Source of the DNA: a virus
Virus record (IMG/VR): IMGVR_UViG_3300027895_000002
Span: 1 to 44,976 of that record
Direction: 5' to 3' (one strand)
Length of the DNA stretch: 44,976 nucleotides
The notes under the pieces were generated by a model, which was not told the origin of the DNA, searched no databases, and worked only from the letters and a program-made list of their open reading frames with translations. Both the position numbers and the translations under genes were made by a program. Every line of letters begins with the position of its first letter. Position 1 is the first letter of the stretch. Below, one piece after another: positions 42,086 to 44,976 of the stretch.

Positions 42086-42413
42086 CGACGTAATCCCTGA
42101 GGAACGCGTGACTAGAGCTTTAACCTATCTGGCCGAGTCCGATGTATCTGTGGCTAACCTCAAGGCCGAGGTCTCGCGCAAGGAATATCTGGGGAAGGTC
42201 GCCAGAGCTAAAGCTTACCTTGGAGGGGAAGGCTCCGTCGAATCACGAAAAGCACAGGCGGAGCTCTCCCCGGGAGTCTCTCAGGCCGAGGAAGAACTCT
42301 CACAGGCGACAGCAGAATACGAGAAGTGCCGAGCCAAGCGGGCGACGGAGGAACTCATCGTGAGAATCTGGCAGACCGTTGAGGCAAGCCGCAGACAAGG
42401 AGTCCTGACATGA
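42063..42413 (+). CDS. Hypothetical coiled-coil protein
   Basis: ATG one codon inside track ORF 42060..42413. Confidence 0.5.
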   Translation: MTTRRSLSDVIPEERVTRALTYLAESDVSVANLKAEVSRKEYLGKVARAKAYLGGEGSVESRKAQAELSPGVSQAEEELSQATAEYEKCRAKRATEELIVRIWQTVEASRRQGVLT

Positions 42414-42751
42414 ACGAACTGATGTATTCCTGTCCGAAGTATGAAGCCTGCAACGCTCCAGTCTGTCCGCTGTGGCCGGATTGGAGAAAACTCTCATTCC
42501 TGAAAGGAGACCGAACGTGCTTCTACCTGAGGGAGGTCGGTAAAGCTGGCGGGGAGCAACGCGTGAGAGCGCGCCTGCCTGAGAACCTAGCGACCCCTAT
42601 AGTGGAGGTCTGCCGTGAGATAGTCACGCAGGCGCGTAACACCGGCAGGGGCTATTGCGAACATCAGCACGTACTCATGGAGTCGCATAAGAGCACCTCC
42701 AAACTCGCAGCAGGAGACAAGCTCTGTGCCAAATCTTCGCAGAGCCGCTAA
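42410..42751 (+). CDS. Cys-rich hypothetical protein
   Basis: YSCPKYEACNAPVCPLWP motif; ATGA overlap upstream. Confidence 0.55.
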   Translation: MNELMYSCPKYEACNAPVCPLWPDWRKLSFLKGDRTCFYLREVGKAGGEQRVRARLPENLATPIVEVCREIVTQARNTGRGYCEHQHVLMESHKSTSKLAAGDKLCAKSSQSR

Positions 42752-43010
42752 AGGTCAGATCTGCATGGTTAGGTTGCCTTCAGTTTGTAACTTCAACCGG
42801 GAGACGACCGTTCTGGCCCATTACCGCTTAGCTGGCGTCTCAGGCATAGGCATGAAATCTCCCGACTGGATGGGGGCGTGGGCGTGCTCCGACTGCCACA
42901 GGGCCATAGATTCCGGAAGCTCTCTCTACAGCCGCGAGCAATTGAAGCTTGCTCATGCAGAAGGGATATTCAGGACTTTAGCTGCAATGCAGGAAGTGAT
43001 TTTCAAATGA
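42726..43010 (+). CDS. YbcO-like (DUF1364) putative zinc-binding nuclease of lambdoid prophages
   Basis: LRRAAKGQICMVRLPSVCNFNRETTVLAHYR..G.GMKSPD..GAWACSDCHRAID follows the YbcO pattern C..R....C......VLAH.....G.G.K..D.....AC..CH..D. Confidence 0.65.
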   Translation: MPNLRRAAKGQICMVRLPSVCNFNRETTVLAHYRLAGVSGIGMKSPDWMGAWACSDCHRAIDSGSSLYSREQLKLAHAEGIFRTLAAMQEVIFK

Positions 43011-43561
43011 TCCCATCGAATGAGCTAATCTGGGTCATAGCCTTCCTGAAAGAAGGTGACCTAATCGCTGTTCCCTCGGGAAATATGGCAGGTCTGTATC
43101 GCATTAAAAATGATGCTGTGCTCGGCGCTGCCGCCTTGGAGTACGAGGGGGTAGCGGCCATCACCGGCGCTAGTAACGTCGTGCGAAGAGTGAGCATTCC
43201 AGAGGCGCATCCGAATAAGTGTCCAATGTCTCAAAGCCCTCATCAGGGTGAAAGTTCCACCGTCCAAGTCGCGGAGCCTACGAGCGAACCGGTCGTCACA
43301 GAGCCGCAAGGCAACGCCGGTGAGAGCCCTGCACTTTCTGCACTAATTGACTGCCTGCGTTACCGCCCAGTCGCTACGACAGCCGCACAGATGCGCGAAG
43401 CGGCAGATCGCATGGAAATGATGCGCGCAGCGCTACTGCACATCGCAGAAGGCCGTGGAGCTTATAGCCGCGATCAACACGAGTTCGCCTGTAATGTGAT
43501 CGAAGAGGCTAAGAGGACGGCTACGGCAGCACTTGAGGGGCGCTATGAATACAAAGACTGA
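43007..43561 (+). CDS. Hypothetical protein, start re-assigned
   Basis: ATGA overlap with the ybcO-like stop. The track ORF begins at 42878, inside the upstream gene. Confidence 0.5.
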   Translation: MIPSNELIWVIAFLKEGDLIAVPSGNMAGLYRIKNDAVLGAAALEYEGVAAITGASNVVRRVSIPEAHPNKCPMSQSPHQGESSTVQVAEPTSEPVVTEPQGNAGESPALSALIDCLRYRPVATTAAQMREAADRMEMMRAALLHIAEGRGAYSRDQHEFACNVIEEAKRTATAALEGRYEYKD

Positions 43562-43766
43562 AGCGCTTCCCTCAAAGGATCGTGGCTACGATGGGCTTAT
43601 CCATTACGGGCCTATTACCTTTGACGTTAATAACTACGGAGCTTTGTGTGGTGTTTCAGCAGTACCCCACGATATTCCAAGAACACTGACAACACATATA
43701 CCTTGGGTCAATTGCGAGCATTGTAAAAAGACGTTACCCACTCCCGAGACGGGAACGGGGAAGTAA
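43545..43766 (+). CDS. Hypothetical protein ending in PETGTGK
   Basis: ATG 43545. The 3' end carries the second copy of the 19-nt motif. Confidence 0.45.
   Translation: MNTKTEALPSKDRGYDGLIHYGPITFDVNNYGALCGVSAVPHDIPRTLTTHIPWVNCEHCKKTLPTPETGTGK
43741..43759 (+). repeat. 19-nt boundary motif ctcccgagacgggaacggg, copy 2
   Basis: Exact match to 2516..2534. Confidence 0.85.
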
Positions 43767-44140
43767 TGCTGAAGATACCCTTAGATCTGGAGTGCTACCG
43801 CCGCCCGCATTGGGCAGACCCCAAGGATATGGGCGACAGATTTAACGGCTGTTTCCAGATTCCGAAGCGGGCAATGGTAATCGTGGTGAGTTCGGGCGAA
43901 GGCTGGGAGCACGTATCGGTCAGCATCCGAGGCCGATGCCCAACTTGGGACGAAATGGAATGGGTGAAGCGCAAGCTGTGGGAGGACGCAGACACGGTGA
44001 TGCAACTCCACGTTCCAGTGAGCGAGCACCGAAGTTTCCATCCCTATTGCCTGCACTTATGGAGACCGCTGAATGCAGAGATCCCACGCCCGCCAGGTAT
44101 CTTTGTCGCGCCAAAAGTTGGCGAGCTATGCACGCTCTGA
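43766..44140 (+). CDS. Conserved phage protein of unknown function (GWEHVSVS ... PTW.EM ... CLHLWRP pattern)
   Basis: The motif series VVSSGEGWEHVSVSIRGRCPTWDEMEWVKRKLW and HPYCLHLWRP is one I recognise from many phages; the function is not known to me. Confidence 0.6.
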   Translation: MLKIPLDLECYRRPHWADPKDMGDRFNGCFQIPKRAMVIVVSSGEGWEHVSVSIRGRCPTWDEMEWVKRKLWEDADTVMQLHVPVSEHRSFHPYCLHLWRPLNAEIPRPPGIFVAPKVGELCTL

Positions 44141-44164
44141 GCGAGGAATCGAGTACAATATGAC

Positions 44165-44401
44165 GTGCCCCTCACACACGAAAGAGTCCATATTCTCAGG
44201 ACTTCGCGCTGGTCCGACGCCTACTATGCAAGGCTGTGGGGAGTGCGCCCGACCACCGTTTCGTTCGCCCGCAGAGGGCTTTCGTGGCGCGACCATCCGA
44301 CCCCACCGGACACCGCGCCGCGCGTCAGTGGCGGCCGGTACTGCGGGGTTAGGGCGTACTCGATTACCAGAAATCAGGAGGAGCTTTCGGCCATCACATA
44401 G
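44165..44401 (+). CDS. Small HTH-like protein
   Basis: WSDAYYARLWGVRPTTVSFARRGLSWRDH looks like an HTH. Third-position GC is about 73 percent in this frame versus about 56 percent in the competing long frame 44160..44729. GTG start with a poor SD. Confidence 0.4.
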   Translation: MPLTHERVHILRTSRWSDAYYARLWGVRPTTVSFARRGLSWRDHPTPPDTAPRVSGGRYCGVRAYSITRNQEELSAIT

Positions 44402-44502
44402 GACTTATCCGGCTAAGGTAGTCCGAGCGTACGGCGTCCTTCATCCGCAATCCTTCGCGGACGTAGGAAAATCCCAACTACGTGGATGCCAGATGATGGC
44501 GA

Positions 44503-44976
44503 ATGAAAAAAACCAGCACGGCCGGGGGCTGGCCTCCGAATGTCCCGGCCACTTCTATGAATCTGGACGCGCTAAAACAGGAAATGTTGCGCCCTGCTAT
44601 CCAGCTTGCGCCTCTCATGGAGTTTCGCGGCCAAAAGAATCCAGCGCGCATTCATGCGCTTTGGAATTGGTCCTACGCAGCCTATCTCAACGAATGCGAG
44701 GATATAGGCGCGATAACGAAGCTCTATAGGGAAGGCGGAGAACTGCCGCACTTCTGCGGACTACACGCAAAATATCTTGATTACCTCTCAGTGAGGAGTT
44801 TTTTTAGTCGAGTCGTGTTGTCTCCCAAGGTCAAAGCGTTGGTGCCAGACTTTGGCGATTACATCGCTTCGATACTGCCCTATGTTTTCCAGCTCACACG
44901 GGTAGCCAATCGTGAACATCAACCAAAGAAATTGCGAGTCTGGAAGAATCAAGCTAAACCGGATGAAATCCGATAC
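44503..44976 (+). CDS. N-terminal part of the wrap-around gene (continues at base 128 after removing the duplicated 127 nt); alternative start ATG 44557
   Basis: The ORF is open to the last base of the window. It is not in the supplied track because it has no stop codon inside the window. It is in frame with 2..628. Confidence 0.6.
   Translation, partial: MKKTSTAGGWPPNVPATSMNLDALKQEMLRPAIQLAPLMEFRGQKNPARIHALWNWSYAAYLNECEDIGAITKLYREGGELPHFCGLHAKYLDYLSVRSFFSRVVLSPKVKALVPDFGDYIASILPYVFQLTRVANREHQPKKLRVWKNQAKPDEIRY
44850..44976. repeat. Terminal direct repeat, copy 2 (identical to 1..127)
   Basis: See copy 1. Confidence 0.97.

Noticed and set aside
44520-44550. Hairpin GGCCGGG-n17-CCCGGCC upstream of ATG 44557
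   Set aside because: The stem is only 7 bp with a large loop and no U-tract. It lies inside the reading frame if the gene starts at ATG 44503, so it is probably just GC-rich coding sequence.
44073-44729. 218-aa plus-strand ORF (190 aa from ATG 44160)
   Set aside because: It has an Arg/Pro/Ser/Gly-rich composition typical of an off-frame read. Third-position GC is lower (about 56 percent) than in the overlapping HTH-like frame 44165..44401 (about 73 percent). It also runs through a likely intergenic region and into the start of the wrap-around gene.
44557-44800. Weak resemblance of the wrap-around protein (FCGLHAKYLDYLSVRSFFSRV) to the N-terminal DNA-binding domain of some IS transposases
   Set aside because: The match is a short pattern only. 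I recognised no DDE/catalytic motifs and no inverted repeats. It is not enough to call a mobile element.
1-44976. Diversity-generating retroelement, as in BPP-1-like podoviruses
   Set aside because: No ORF has reverse-transcriptase motifs (YxDD). I noticed no template/variable repeat pair of about 100-150 nt near the fibre genes.

Overview
The window is one complete tailed-phage genome. Bases 1-127 are identical to 44850-44976, so the unique length is 44,849 bp, and one gene is split across the window ends. There are two transcription arms. A long minus-strand arm (about 40211 down to 2772) carries an HTH regulator and small early genes, then a PD-(D/E)XK nuclease and a sugar-nucleotide/glycosyltransferase cassette. 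It continues with TerS and TerL, a 7-kb block with a 1548-aa multi-domain depolymerase-like protein and a PASTA-domain protein, then portal, scaffold and an HK97-type major capsid protein. After these come capsid/fibre accessory genes, a methyltransferase-GT9 heptosyltransferase fusion, P22 gp4/gp10-like adaptor and nozzle genes, three ejection-protein-like genes, a PurD-like ATP-grasp enzyme, a tailspike and a lysis cassette. A plus-strand arm (40296 through the junction to 2771) holds about 20 small, mostly unrecognisable genes, many of them Cys-rich. I recognised no tape measure, sheath or tail tube, so a podovirus-like virion is inferred. I also recognised no DNA polymerase, primase, integrase, tRNA, CRISPR array or reverse transcriptase. 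The most unusual content is a distributed glycosylation toolkit. It comprises split ADP-heptose synthesis genes (hldA, a 2-TM micro-ORF, hldC), a cupin, a GT4 enzyme, the SAM-methyltransferase::GT9 fusion sitting just upstream of the adaptor gene at the end of the capsid-accessory block, and the ATP-grasp ligase between the ejection proteins and the tailspike. My hypothesis is a phage-encoded (methyl-)heptose glycosylation system acting on virion proteins or on the host envelope. Other sequence-level observations: a lambda-like immunity region with two homologous 58-nt promoter-leader cassettes, a perfect 9-bp hairpin burying the capsid gene RBS, a 16-bp tandem duplication at the hldA start, and a 19-nt motif repeated at two gene boundaries. 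All functional calls come from motif recognition by eye; no searches were run.
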